From positions 128,001 through 192,000 of the forward strand of contig CAXXXF010000006.1 in the NCBI GenBank assembly GCA_963667175.2: 64,000 nucleotides of DNA, written 5' to 3'. This document shows, in pieces, positions 39,897 through 50,035 of the stretch. The notes below the pieces were generated by a model. It did no database searches. It had not been told where the DNA came from and worked only from the letters and a program-made list of their open reading frames with translations. Source of the DNA: Candidatus Latescibacterota bacterium. Lineage in GTDB: Bacteria; Latescibacterota; UBA2968; GCA-2709665. A program made the position numbers and the translations under genes. Position 1 is the stretch's first letter. Each line of letters starts with the position of its first letter.

Positions 39897-40063
39897 GCGC
39901 GATGGTCCGGCGGTCTTGCCCACGTGGTCCGGCACACGACCCGGAGTCAAGTGGATTGCGGGGCAAAGAGATGCCCACTGCAAGCCACGTCTACCGGCTT
40001 AGCAGTCCGTTGAGAGAGTCGCTCTGCAGGCGAGGCCGAGTCATTGTGGCCGAAGACAAGACG

Positions 40064-40211
40064 CGCCTGTCTGCGTGCGGACACGCACAGGCAGGCGACC
40101 GACGCGAATCCCTGGATTCGGGGAGGGAGTGCCTGCCTGCTGCAGGCAGGCAACGCCGTATTTCGGTCACAAGGGCCGGACGCCTGTCTGCGTGCGAACG
40201 CACAGGCAGGC
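40064..40211. repeat. Cluster of three related REP-like palindromes
   Basis: GCCTGTCTGCGTGCG...CGCACAGGCAGGC at 40064-40097 and 40182-40211; TGCCTGCCTGCTGCAGGCAGGCA at 40130-40152. Confidence 0.75.
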
Positions 40212-40228
40212 AGCCCGGATGGACTTTT

Positions 40229-41005
40229 TCAACGGACTGTCAGGCCGAATACGGTTCTCTTCAATTTCCGAATCACGCAAAACAGCCAGCGTAGGTCTTT
40301 GATGACCGGCAAGCGAAAGTAAAGCCCGAGCCCGTATTTGCGCCGCACGGACCAGACCGCCCGGTCGTCGGACTCGTTGCGGCTGATGCTGGCGTCATGG
40401 ATCCGGTAAGCGTAGAGGGGCCGCGGCACGTAATGTCCGCATCCGCGGCGCCTCAGGACGACGTTCAACCAGAGATCCCAGTCCTGATAACGTCGAAGGG
40501 TCTCGTCGAACCCGGGGAAACTGGTTGCCCGCAGCAACGCTGCAAGATCGACGTAATTGCCTTTTCGCAACCTGGCAGGCTGGAAGGGTCCGGACTTCCT
40601 GATCCCCTCCGGCTCGGGATGCCACGAGCCATCCCCTTCCCTGAAGTTGATGCGATCGCAATACACGAAATCCAGACCTGGCCGCGCCGCCGCGTGGAGC
40701 GCATCCAGGAATTCGGGCGCCATGTAGTTGTCCGCGTCGAAGAAGACCACCCATTCGGCCGAGACCTGAGCGAAACCGAAATTACGGGACCTGTTGGCGT
40801 TCAGGTAACCGACACGGTGGTATTCCACGTCCGGAAACTGTCGGACGACGGCCTCGGTCTCGTCGGTGCTGGCATCGTCCACGACCAGAACGGACGCCGG
40901 TTTCAATACCTGCGCTTCAATCGAACGCAGGCATTGCCGCAGGTATCGGCCGTAATTGTGACAGGTGACAATAACGGCAATGTCCGCCTTGCGCTCCGGT
41001 CTCAT
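40229..41005 (-). CDS. GT2 glycosyltransferase
   Basis: VDDASTD, RN.G, FFDAD and QDWDLW motifs. Confidence 0.88.
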   Translation of the reverse strand: MRPERKADIAVIVTCHNYGRYLRQCLRSIEAQVLKPASVLVVDDASTDETEAVVRQFPDVEYHRVGYLNANRSRNFGFAQVSAEWVVFFDADNYMAPEFLDALHAAARPGLDFVYCDRINFREGDGSWHPEPEGIRKSGPFQPARLRKGNYVDLAALLRATSFPGFDETLRRYQDWDLWLNVVLRRRGCGHYVPRPLYAYRIHDASISRNESDDRAVWSVRRKYGLGLYFRLPVIKDLRWLFCVIRKLKRTVFGLTVR

Positions 41006-41024
41006 CCCGACTGTCCGGTGGTCG

Positions 41025-42014
41025 TCATCGCGAAGAGGCCTGCCCTCTCGCCTTGCGCAGCAGTTCGACCTGGTATTCCAGACCGAGCAACCCTTCTTCG
41101 CCTGTAACAACGGCCCGACGGCCCGTGCCACGCACGTTGGAAACGAAGGCCTCGACCAGAATGTGGAGAAAATCGTCACATTCCAACGAATCACTCCCGT
41201 GGAGAAGCCGCGCGCGGTAGATTCCGTCCGTATCTGCGTACCCCTCCCAATCCACCATAAATCCGTTGACGCCGAACCGCCGGGCCGGATCGCCCTCGTC
41301 GATATCCCGCAATACCAGTTCTATGGAGCAGTTGCCGCGGGCCCCGACGGAGTCGAAACTCGCCCGATTCTCACGCTCTTCGATTTCGCAGACGGCCGAC
41401 GCAGCGTCCAGCCTGCCGTCCGGAAGAAAGCCGATCACCAGACTCAAGGCGTGCGGTGCGACGTCGGCCCAGATTTCCTCGAAATATTTCGGCCCTCTTC
41501 GGCCCTTCACCTCCATCTCCATCGAAATACGGGTCACGTCGTCCCACGACCCGCGGACCCGCTCGTAAAGCGCCCTGTAGTGCGGGATGCCCGCCGGATA
41601 CTGTGCGGACACCCCAAGCAGGCGACCGGCGTCCCGTGCTCTTGCCACAATTGCCCGACCGTCTTCGAGAATCTCGTCCAGCTCTTTTTCCCTGTCCCAG
41701 CAGAACGGCTTCTCACAAAGAACGTGCGCCCCGGCCTCAAGGGCCGCGAGCGCGTGATCCCTGTGCATCGGGTAGGGGCTCGTTACGGCGACGATGTCAG
41801 GGGCCTCCGCCCGAAGCATCGCCTCCACGCCCAGGTACGCCCGGCCGCTGAATCCGAAATACGACGCCAGCCGTGCGCGGGTGCGATCGCACGACTCGCG
41901 CGAAGTACCGGCGAACGCAACCACCTCGCACCCCGAGAGATCGTACCACCGGGCGTGATGCTGACCGATGCCGCTGGCGCCAATGACGGCGACTCTGAGA
42001 GGTACGTTTTTCAT
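41025..42014 (-). CDS. Gfo/Idh/MocA family oxidoreductase
   Basis: IGASGIG and HVLCEKP motifs. Confidence 0.88.
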   Translation of the reverse strand: MKNVPLRVAVIGASGIGQHHARWYDLSGCEVVAFAGTSRESCDRTRARLASYFGFSGRAYLGVEAMLRAEAPDIVAVTSPYPMHRDHALAALEAGAHVLCEKPFCWDREKELDEILEDGRAIVARARDAGRLLGVSAQYPAGIPHYRALYERVRGSWDDVTRISMEMEVKGRRGPKYFEEIWADVAPHALSLVIGFLPDGRLDAASAVCEIEERENRASFDSVGARGNCSIELVLRDIDEGDPARRFGVNGFMVDWEGYADTDGIYRARLLHGSDSLECDDFLHILVEAFVSNVRGTGRRAVVTGEEGLLGLEYQVELLRKARGQASSR

Positions 42015-42406
42015 GGACTCACTCCAATAGCGAGTTCAAAGCCGGTTTTACGTAAAATAGAAATCCTCGATATCGCGGCCAATCGTTTTTTCCGGCGCCG
42101 TGCGTGCGTTGTCCGCATCAGCCGCGCAGGGTGATCGGTGGCGTGAAGACCGACTCTTAACGCGGTCGGGCGCCGCGCCATCCTGTCCGCAAGGAACACC
42201 GTCCTGCTGACGCGCGGGATGGTCTTGATGTTTATGGGCGGTAAAGGAAACCCTTGTTTTTTTTCTGCTTTTTGATATTATTAGACTTCCTCGTCTGTCG
42301 GCTTATCGTCGAATAGATCCGATGGGCCGTCGTGTACCGATGTTTCGCGGGCCTGGAGTACCGCCTTCATGTCTGTTTTGCTCAACCGTCCCCAAGGAGG
42401 ACGTGG

Positions 42407-42916
42407 ATGATTAAGGAAAATGTCCAGGCTGCCTTGAACGAGCAGCTGAATTCCGAACTGTATGCCTCCTATTATTATCTTTCGATGTCCGCCTACTTTC
42501 ATGCCGCCAACCTGACGGGTTTCGCCTCCTGGATGCGCGCGCAGTCCCACGAGGAATTGATGCACGCGATGAAGATCTACGACTTTATCAACGACCGCGA
42601 GGGCGAGGTGGCCCTCACCACGATCGCGGCGCCCAAACGGCGATGGGATGATTCCCTGGCGGCATTCGAAGATGCTTATCAGCACGAAAAGGCGGTGACC
42701 GCCCAGATATACGACCTGGTCGATCTGAGCGTCTCGGAAAGAGATCACGCCACCAACACTTTCCTGCAGTGGTTCGTGACCGAACAGGTTGAAGAAGAGG
42801 CCACCGCAAGCGATATCGTCAACAAGCTGAAACTGGTCGGCAACGACGGCAATGGCCTGTTCATCCTGGATCGTGATCTGGGTGCTCGAGGCCCGGAAAC
42901 CGAAGAAGAGGATTAA
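42407..42916 (+). CDS. ftnA: Non-heme ferritin
   Basis: AGGAGG RBS; ELYASYYY, EELMH, HE and WFVTEQVEEE ferroxidase residues. Confidence 0.95.
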   Translation: MIKENVQAALNEQLNSELYASYYYLSMSAYFHAANLTGFASWMRAQSHEELMHAMKIYDFINDREGEVALTTIAAPKRRWDDSLAAFEDAYQHEKAVTAQIYDLVDLSVSERDHATNTFLQWFVTEQVEEEATASDIVNKLKLVGNDGNGLFILDRDLGARGPETEEED

Positions 42917-42995
42917 ACAGTAAGGCCGTCCGGCTGTCCCTCCGGCGAAACGCTCCATTGCGATTTCTTCGTAGAAAAAAATCCTCGTTCCTGTA

Positions 42996-43024
42996 TTGAC
43001 AAATCGTCAATCGTATGTTATCTT
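42996..43024 (+). promoter_or_regulatory. Sigma70-type promoter with extended -10 and overlapping inverted repeat
   Basis: TTGACA-17 nt-TATCTT with TGn; ATTGAC-N5-GTCAAT at 42995-43011. Confidence 0.65.
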
Positions 43025-43500
43025 GCTATTTCACAGGGCTTTCTGTACATAGAAAGTCACGAAGGCAAGTTCGGTAGTCGGAGTCGAACCCGGTTTCACC
43101 CGCCACCCCTCGGCATTGAAACGTAGATTCCGGCGAACAACAACCCTTCGGCCGGGTACGCCCCGGGCGGAGAACCCAGGATTCCGTACCAGGAAGTCGC
43201 ATCGGGAAACGTTACCCCTAAACGGTTCCCGGTTGGATCTTCAACGTTCCCCGCGGGTTCAACGCCTCGCCCCGAGAGGAGTTGAACTTTCCGAAGTTTC
43301 TTTCTCCCTTTTTCGTTTCCTCCCCTTGCCAGATTGTGTTGTTCACGTTCACGGTCGGCACATTCGAACCTGTGTGTCGCGGGTAGTGTGTTTTGCCCGA
43401 CCAGGATCTGTCCTCGCGCGAGTACCGGGCGTATCCGGATGGATCGAATGACGTCGGGTACCGGCACGCAGACGACCGCACCATTGTTGGGGGGAAAGAA

Positions 43501-44382
43501 ATGCCTGCAACAGCAACGAGCCAGCAGAATGGAATCTCGTCACGGGGAAAAAAGCGGTCAGCACTTGAGCTCTATCTCAAGGACATCGCCTATAACGATT
43601 TGCTGACGCCACAACAGGAAGTGGCATTGGCCAAGCGTATCAGGGCCGGAGACCGAAAGAGCCTGGAACAGATGGTCGAGTCCAACCTTCGATTCGTCAT
43701 CACCATCGCCAAGGAATATCAGGGACGGGGCTTGCCCCTTGAAGATTTGATTGCCGAGGGTAATCTGGGGTTGGTTCGCGCGGCGACGCGGTACGATGAG
43801 ACGGTTGGTGTCAAGTTTACAACCTATGCAGTCTGGTGGATTCGGCAGGGCATTCTCTCATCGCTTGCGGAAAAGGCCCGAATGGTCCGCCTGCCCGTGA
43901 ACAAAATCAAGCACCTGTGCCGGATGGAAAGGATTGCCTCAAACCTCAAACAGAAACTCGGCAGAGAGCCGAGCATCGACGAGATCGCGGTGGGGGCGGA
44001 CATGCAGCCCAAACAGGCGCAGGACCTGCTGAACGCTTCGCGTTGGCACGTGTCCCTGGATATGCCGCTGGAAGAGGGTCCCGATTCGTCTCTGCTCGAA
44101 GTGCTCGAAGACAAGGACCAGGTATCGCCCGAAAACGAAGTGATGGAACAGGCGATGGCCGATGAGATTCGCGCCGCGCTGGATACCCTGTCTTCCCGCG
44201 AAGCGCGTATCTTGCGGCTTTATTTCGGCATCAATGGTCAGGACACCATGACGCTGGAACAGATCGGCAATCAACTAAGCCTCACAAAGGAACGCGTCCG
44301 GCAGATTCGGGACAAGGCCCTTGCCGCGCTGAAACATCCGTCGCGAATGCGGAAGATCCGCGCATACCTTACGGAGAACTGA
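43501..44382 (+). CDS. RpoD/SigA-family sigma factor lacking region 1.1
   Basis: LYLKDI (1.2), NLRFV, EGNLGL, TYAVWWIRQ (region 2), TLEQIG and ERVRQI (4.2). Confidence 0.93.
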   Translation: MPATATSQQNGISSRGKKRSALELYLKDIAYNDLLTPQQEVALAKRIRAGDRKSLEQMVESNLRFVITIAKEYQGRGLPLEDLIAEGNLGLVRAATRYDETVGVKFTTYAVWWIRQGILSSLAEKARMVRLPVNKIKHLCRMERIASNLKQKLGREPSIDEIAVGADMQPKQAQDLLNASRWHVSLDMPLEEGPDSSLLEVLEDKDQVSPENEVMEQAMADEIRAALDTLSSREARILRLYFGINGQDTMTLEQIGNQLSLTKERVRQIRDKALAALKHPSRMRKIRAYLTEN

Positions 44383-44387
44383 GCATC

Positions 44388-44816
44388 GTGGCACACGATA
44401 CGGGCAAGAATCCGGAAACTTCGTTAAGGGGCGCCGTGTCCCCCGTTCTGGACGTCGTGGGGGTGCATCACATCACCCTCGTCGTGCGCAACGTGAGTCA
44501 GTCCAGGTCCTTTTACGAGAAATTTCTGGGCCTGGACCCCATTCCGCGGCCCGATTACGATTTCGAAGGCGCCTGGTATCAATGCGGAGGCGTGGAAATA
44601 CACCTCCTTGTTGCGGAAGAACACCCGGATCCGTCGAGGCGTCACATCGCGCTTGAAGTCACCGACTTTGAGCGCGTGATCAAATCTCTCGACGGCGAGT
44701 GGGTGCACGTCGTGGGCGGTCCGGGCGTCAGACCGCACGACGGAAGCCGGTTCGTGTTTCTCCAGGACCCCGATGGGAATCTGATAGAAATCACCTGCCG
44801 GGACACAAAAGAGTAA
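44388..44816 (+). CDS. VOC (glyoxalase) family protein
   Basis: HHITL, FY..LG, HIAL and DPDGNLIE motifs. Confidence 0.9.
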   Translation: MAHDTGKNPETSLRGAVSPVLDVVGVHHITLVVRNVSQSRSFYEKFLGLDPIPRPDYDFEGAWYQCGGVEIHLLVAEEHPDPSRRHIALEVTDFERVIKSLDGEWVHVVGGPGVRPHDGSRFVFLQDPDGNLIEITCRDTKE

Positions 44817-44843
44817 GATTGAATTGCCGGTGGAAGCAGAATG

Positions 44844-44884
44844 GGCAACGGGCCGCGACAGCTGTCGCGGCCCGTTGCCTTTTT
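44844..44884 (+). terminator. Intrinsic terminator between convergent genes
   Basis: Perfect 36-nt palindrome GGCAACGGGCCGCGACAG|CTGTCGCGGCCCGTTGCC followed by TTTTT. Confidence 0.75.
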
Positions 44885-44906
44885 GGCGCGGCAGGAAAAC
44901 AACGAG

Positions 44907-46358
44907 CTACGAGCCCTTTCCCGCCCGCAGCACGGGCTTTCGCGCGGCCGTTGCTTCGTCTAGTCGCCGTACGGGCGTGTGGTGCGGGGCACTGTGCAAC
45001 AGTTCGGGGGTCTTCTCCGCTTCGCCCGCAATACGGATCATAGCCTCGACAAATTCGTCAATCTGCTCCAGGCTCTCTGTCTCCGTGGGTTCAATCAGCA
45101 TCGCTTCCGGCGCAACCCTGGGCAGCGGAAAATAAATCGTAGGCGGATGATGGCCATAGTCGATCAGTCTCTTGGCGATATCCAGGGCGCTTACGCCACT
45201 GGCCTTCTTCTGCCGCGACGCCGAGAACACCATTTCGTGCATGGGCTGCGCCGATTTGGGTCGATCGAAGGTTCCATCCAGGCGGCTGGCGATATAATTC
45301 GCGTTCAGAACGGCCATTTCGCTTGTACGCCGCATGCCTTCGGCGCCCAGCATTCTGGCGTAGACGTAGGCGCGGATCACCATCCCGAAATTGCCGAAAA
45401 ACGTACTGACCTTGCCGATCGACCGCGGGCGATCGTAGTCCAGCCCGAAGAGATCGCCGTTTCTCGTGACGACGGGGACGGGGAGAAAGGGCAGCAGCGC
45501 TTCCTTTACACCGACCGGCCCGGACCCCGGCCCGCCGCCCCCATGCGGGGTGGTGAAAGTCTTGTGCAAGTTGACGTGGACGACGTCGAAACCCATATCT
45601 CCGGGCCTGCATTGTCCCAGGAATGCGTTTAGATTGGCGCCATCGTAGTAGAGCAACCCGCCGCCGTCGTGGACCACCTGCTGAATCTCCACGATTTCAT
45701 CCTCGAACACGCCGAATGTATTGGGATTGGTCAGCATCAATCCCGCGACGCGATCGTTCATCTTTGCTTTCAGATCCGCGACGTCAACGGTCCCGCGGCC
45801 CGTAGACTTCAATGTCTCCACCCGAAAGCCGCACATCGCCGCGGTCGCGGGGTTTGTTCCGTGAGCGGAATCCGGGATCAGCACGATCTGCCTGGGATCC
45901 TGCCTCTCGCGGTGGTACGCTGCGATCAGAGAGATGCCGACGAATTCACCCTGCGCTCCGGCAGCCGGTTGAAACGTAAAGCCGTCCATTCCCGTTACGG
46001 CGGCCAATATCCCGTCCATTTCCCACAGTACGCGTAACGCCGCCTGGGAGGAAACTGCATCCGCGAGGGGGTGCAATCCCGCGAAATCGGGCAGACGCGC
46101 GGCGCGTTCGTGTATTTTGGGATTGTACTTCATCGTACACGAACCCAGCGGATAGAACGCGGTGTCAATGCTGAAGTTCATGGTCGATAGATTCACGTAA
46201 TGCCGTACCAGTTCCAGTTCGCTGACTTCAGGCAGCGCGGGCGCGTCTTTCCGATACATTTCGTCCGGTATGGGTACAACCGGATCGCCCGCATCCGGGA
46301 ACGTCGCACAACGCCGCCCCGATTCACCGCGTTCAAATATCAGAAGATCCCGATCCAT
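44907..46358 (-). CDS. gcvPB: Glycine dehydrogenase subunit 2
   Basis: PLGSCTMKYNP, AHGTNPA and NLHKTFTTPHGGGGPG motifs. Confidence 0.96.
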   Translation of the reverse strand: MDRDLLIFERGESGRRCATFPDAGDPVVPIPDEMYRKDAPALPEVSELELVRHYVNLSTMNFSIDTAFYPLGSCTMKYNPKIHERAARLPDFAGLHPLADAVSSQAALRVLWEMDGILAAVTGMDGFTFQPAAGAQGEFVGISLIAAYHRERQDPRQIVLIPDSAHGTNPATAAMCGFRVETLKSTGRGTVDVADLKAKMNDRVAGLMLTNPNTFGVFEDEIVEIQQVVHDGGGLLYYDGANLNAFLGQCRPGDMGFDVVHVNLHKTFTTPHGGGGPGSGPVGVKEALLPFLPVPVVTRNGDLFGLDYDRPRSIGKVSTFFGNFGMVIRAYVYARMLGAEGMRRTSEMAVLNANYIASRLDGTFDRPKSAQPMHEMVFSASRQKKASGVSALDIAKRLIDYGHHPPTIYFPLPRVAPEAMLIEPTETESLEQIDEFVEAMIRIAGEAEKTPELLHSAPHHTPVRRLDEATAARKPVLRAGKGS

Positions 46359-47695
46359 CAGAGTTCTCTCCAGGCCTCAACCAGTCGCGCGACGTCCGCT
46401 TCCGTCTTGGTTTCGGTGACGCATGTCAAGACGCACCGCTCCAATTCGGGGAAGAACCGTCCCAGATCGATGCCGCCGGCGATCCCCATTTCCCGCAGCG
46501 ACTGAAGCGCTTCACGGGCAGGACGGGTCGTTTCGATCACGAACTCGTTGAACGACGCGCCGGAGAACTTCAGGGATAGCCCATCGACGTCGCTCAGAGC
46601 GGACGCCGCTTCGTGACTGCGGTTCCAGTTCAGCGTTCCCACTTCCCGCAGGCCATTCGGACCCAGCGACGCAAGATAGACGGTCGCGGCTGTCGCGCAC
46701 AGCGTCTGATTCGTGCAGATATTCGAGGTCGCCCGTTCCCGGCGAATATGCTGTTCGCGCGTTTGAAGCGTCATCACGAACCCCCGCCTCCCGTCCGCGT
46801 CGGTCGTCTGACCGACCACCCGCCCGGGCATCCGTCGAATATGCTGTTCGCGCGTGGCGAACATCCCCACGTAAGGCCCCCCGTAGGACATCGGCAGACC
46901 CAGCGGCTGACCGTCGCCCACGACAATGTCCGCTCCAAAGTCTCCCGGCGGCCGGATCACCCCCAACGAAATCGGATTCACCGCCGCGACATACGCGGTC
47001 TTGTGATTCTGCAACAGGCTTCCCAATGCTTCCAGCGGTTCCAGCACGCCCACGAAATTCGGATTCTGCACGACGACCGCGGCGGTGTCGTCGTTCAACG
47101 CCGACGCCACCCGTTCCAGGTCGATCGTTCCCGTATCCGTCCAGGGTATCTCGACCAAATCCAATCCGATGCCGTGTACATACGTCTCGACGACACGCCG
47201 GTAGAAGGGGTGCAGGCTGCGCGGCAGCAGCACCCGGCCGCCGTCGTTGATCCTCACCGCCATCATCACCGCCTCGGCAAGGGCGGAGGCGCCGTCGTAC
47301 ATGGAGGCATTGGCCACCTCCATGCCGGTCAATTCGCAGACCATGGTCTGAAATTCGAAAATCGCCCGCAACGTACCCTGGCTCACCTCCGCCTGATACG
47401 GTGTATAGGCCGTGTAGAACTCGCTGCGCGAAATCATCGCATCCACGACGCTGGGCGTAAAGTGCTCGTAGGCGCCCCCGCCCACGAACGAAAGCGCGGG
47501 CGTCTGCTCCCGCGCCGATCGGGCGAGATCCTGCACCAGGCCCAGCGCCTCCATTTCGCTGATCCCGGCGGGCAGGTCCAGGGACCGCAGCCGAAGGGTT
47601 TCCGGGACGGGATCGAACAGCGCCGACGTCGAATCGATCCCGATCGTTTCCAGCATTTTCTGTATATCTTGATCCGTATGCGGAGTGTAATTCAC
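46358..47695 (-). CDS. gcvPA: Glycine dehydrogenase subunit 1
   Basis: YTPYQAEVSQG, NASMYDG and REQHIRRERATSNICT; GTG start at 47695. Confidence 0.95.
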   Translation of the reverse strand: MNYTPHTDQDIQKMLETIGIDSTSALFDPVPETLRLRSLDLPAGISEMEALGLVQDLARSAREQTPALSFVGGGAYEHFTPSVVDAMISRSEFYTAYTPYQAEVSQGTLRAIFEFQTMVCELTGMEVANASMYDGASALAEAVMMAVRINDGGRVLLPRSLHPFYRRVVETYVHGIGLDLVEIPWTDTGTIDLERVASALNDDTAAVVVQNPNFVGVLEPLEALGSLLQNHKTAYVAAVNPISLGVIRPPGDFGADIVVGDGQPLGLPMSYGGPYVGMFATREQHIRRMPGRVVGQTTDADGRRGFVMTLQTREQHIRRERATSNICTNQTLCATAATVYLASLGPNGLREVGTLNWNRSHEAASALSDVDGLSLKFSGASFNEFVIETTRPAREALQSLREMGIAGGIDLGRFFPELERCVLTCVTETKTEADVARLVEAWREL

Positions 47696-47732
47696 GGACA
47701 GGACCTCGAATATTGAAACGGTTCGGGGATTT

Positions 47733-48455
47733 CTACCTCTTCCGATACGTATAATCCAAAGCGTCTCCGGGTTGCCACCCCAGAATCCGCTTTGCTTTCT
47801 CGTTTGAAAACTGCCCGTGCGGGCGATCGCTGAAGATATTGAACGCCTCGCATCGAGACGGCAATACGTCCAGCTCAATGGTCAATCCGGACACGAACGC
47901 CGCGGCCGCGTCGCGCCACGATACCAGAAACGACCAGTCCCGGGCCGGCTCGGCCGACGCGTCGTGATCCCGGAAGATGTAGAACAGATAACACAACACG
48001 TAGACGTCGCTCTGCAACGTAAAGATCCGGCAGATTTCCTGGCCCAGCCCCTTTGACAGCGCATACAGATTCGTACCGGGCTTCGGCGGCACGTCCGGGC
48101 CGATTCCATAGTCCCACGCCTCATAGGGCTCGCCCTGTACCGTAAAATGCGGCCCCGTGTTGATGACGCGCCGGATTCCGTTCCCGACCGCCGCGCGCAT
48201 GACGTTGTAGCACCCCAGGGTGTTCACGTCGAACGCGGTTTTCCGATGCGGACGCAGGACCGACAGGTTGACGATCGCGTCCATCCCCTCGGCAGCCCGC
48301 ATCACGGCATCCGGATCCGCCACGTCCACGGGCATCATCTCGTGGGGCGTTTCGAACGGCTCGAGATCGGTGACTCGCAGGGCCACGCGCCCTTCAAGCG
48401 CCTTCACGACGTGCGGCCCCAGCATCCCGTTGCCGCCGTAAATCACGACTTTCAT
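47733..48455 (-). CDS. NAD-dependent epimerase/dehydratase (extended SDR), paralog A
   Basis: GGNGMLG and YALSK motifs. Confidence 0.88.
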   Translation of the reverse strand: MKVVIYGGNGMLGPHVVKALEGRVALRVTDLEPFETPHEMMPVDVADPDAVMRAAEGMDAIVNLSVLRPHRKTAFDVNTLGCYNVMRAAVGNGIRRVINTGPHFTVQGEPYEAWDYGIGPDVPPKPGTNLYALSKGLGQEICRIFTLQSDVYVLCYLFYIFRDHDASAEPARDWSFLVSWRDAAAAFVSGLTIELDVLPSRCEAFNIFSDRPHGQFSNEKAKRILGWQPGDALDYTYRKR

Positions 48456-49212
48456 AACTGTCTCCCGCGTCGGCCGGGTCGGATTCCCCGGGATTTTTAA
48501 TGTAAGTGTACTCCAGTCCGTCCCGGGGTTGCCATCCCAGGACCCGCCCGGCCTTCCCGTTTGTAAAATGCCCGTGCGGTCGATCGCCGAGAATATCGAA
48601 CACCTCGCACCGCGACGGCAGACGCTCCAGCGGGATCTTCAGTCCCGGCAGGAACGCGGCCGCCGCATCCCGCCACGTCACGACAAAGGACCGGTCATGA
48701 ACCGGCTGCGAAGACGCATCGTGATCGCGAAAACTCCAGAAGAGGTAGCACAATACGTACACGTCGTAATTCGACGCGAATATCCGGCAGACTTCCTGGC
48801 CCAGGCCCTTGGACAACGCATACAGGTTCGTACCGGGCCTCGGGGGGATGTCCGGACCGATGTGATAGTCCCAGTCCACGTAGGATGGGCCCTGCAGGGT
48901 ATAGTGGGGCCCCGTGTTGATGACGCGCCGGATCCCGTGCCCGACCGCCGCGCGCATGACGTTGTAGCACCCCAGGGTGTTCACGTCGAACGCGACCTTT
49001 CGATGCGGTCTGAGGACCGACAGGTTGATGATCGCGTCCATCCGCTCGGCAGCCCGCATCACGGCGTCCGGGTCCGCAACGTCCACGGGCATCATCTCGT
49101 GGGGCGTTTCGAACGGATCCAGATCGGTGATCCGCAGGGCCGCGTGACCCTCCAGGGCCTTTACCACGTGGGGTCCCAGCATGCCGTTGCCGCCGTAGAT
49201 AACGACTTTCAT
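48394..49212 (-). CDS. NAD-dependent epimerase/dehydratase, paralog B
   Basis: Same motifs; N-terminal half near-identical to paralog A. Confidence 0.85.
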   Translation of the reverse strand: MKVVIYGGNGMLGPHVVKALEGHAALRITDLDPFETPHEMMPVDVADPDAVMRAAERMDAIINLSVLRPHRKVAFDVNTLGCYNVMRAAVGHGIRRVINTGPHYTLQGPSYVDWDYHIGPDIPPRPGTNLYALSKGLGQEVCRIFASNYDVYVLCYLFWSFRDHDASSQPVHDRSFVVTWRDAAAAFLPGLKIPLERLPSRCEVFDILGDRPHGHFTNGKAGRVLGWQPRDGLEYTYIKNPGESDPADAGDSYESRDLRRQRDAGAARREGA

Positions 49213-49272
49213 AGCTGTCTCCACAGCCAGTCCGATCTGACCGGCTGATGTCCTGTCCCTGATATCAGTTGC

Positions 49273-49917
49273 CTAAATACCCAGCGCGTTTTTGGCCTGG
49301 TTAATTGGAAACCTGGCGTTCTCCTTCTCCGACTGCACGTGCAGGACCCGCCACATGGGCCCGTCTTTCTCAAGCGCCCCGTTAATGGCACGGACCGCGT
49401 CGCCAACGGTCAACGCCGTGTCGCCTTCGCCTCCCACGTCGCCGAACCGCAAACACGTCACGCGCACCGAATGTTCCCGCGCAAATTCCCGGCACGTGAA
49501 TTCACCCAGGTACTTCCCCAAAGGCGCCGCGTCCGTCGACGGCCTCGGCGCCCACTGCTCCGTCACGTTCCAGTTCGGATCGCAAGTCTCGAAAAGGCTC
49601 AGCGAACTGAGGTAGACCACGTGGCGGACGTTTTTCTCCCGTGCGGCAACCATCAGATTGTACGTGCAACGCGTCTGGAAGTCGATCTCGCGCTCGTCAC
49701 TCCTCCGATCATCGGGCAGCTCCGCGACGTGCACGATCGCATCCATCCCGTCCACCAGGGACTCCGCCTCGCCGTCGTGGCCCAACTCACAACGGACAAA
49801 GGCGACATCCGTCTCCACGTCCTCGAGGTCCGTCAACGTCACCTCGTGCTCCCGCGACAGGTCCTCCGCCAGGGCCCGAGCAAGCGCCGTCCCCGCCGAT
49901 GTAATCAGTACTTTCAT
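49273..49917 (-). CDS. Divergent SDR-fold protein, paralog C
   Basis: MKVLITSAGT, DAIVH, YLSS; the YxxxK position reads LGK. Confidence 0.75.
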   Translation of the reverse strand: MKVLITSAGTALARALAEDLSREHEVTLTDLEDVETDVAFVRCELGHDGEAESLVDGMDAIVHVAELPDDRRSDEREIDFQTRCTYNLMVAAREKNVRHVVYLSSLSLFETCDPNWNVTEQWAPRPSTDAAPLGKYLGEFTCREFAREHSVRVTCLRFGDVGGEGDTALTVGDAVRAINGALEKDGPMWRVLHVQSEKENARFPINQAKNALGI

Positions 49918-50035
49918 GAATCATACTCCTGTATTTGGAAATTCAATCTTGCCGTGTGCAGGGATACCTATTTCGCCAATTAAGGCAGGCAGTTCGGCCG
50001 TAACGGCCGCATTCCACTCCCATGCAAATCGCGAG

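Noticed and set aside
40064-40211. CRISPR array
   Set aside because: The repeats differ in length, the spacing is irregular, and there are no cas genes in the window.
42255-42295. Possible Fur box upstream of ferritin
   Set aside because: AT-rich, but only a weak match to GATAATGATAATCATTATC.
44907-47695. gcvPA/PB without gcvT/gcvH as an anomaly
   Set aside because: Split gcv loci are common; the other genes may lie outside the window.
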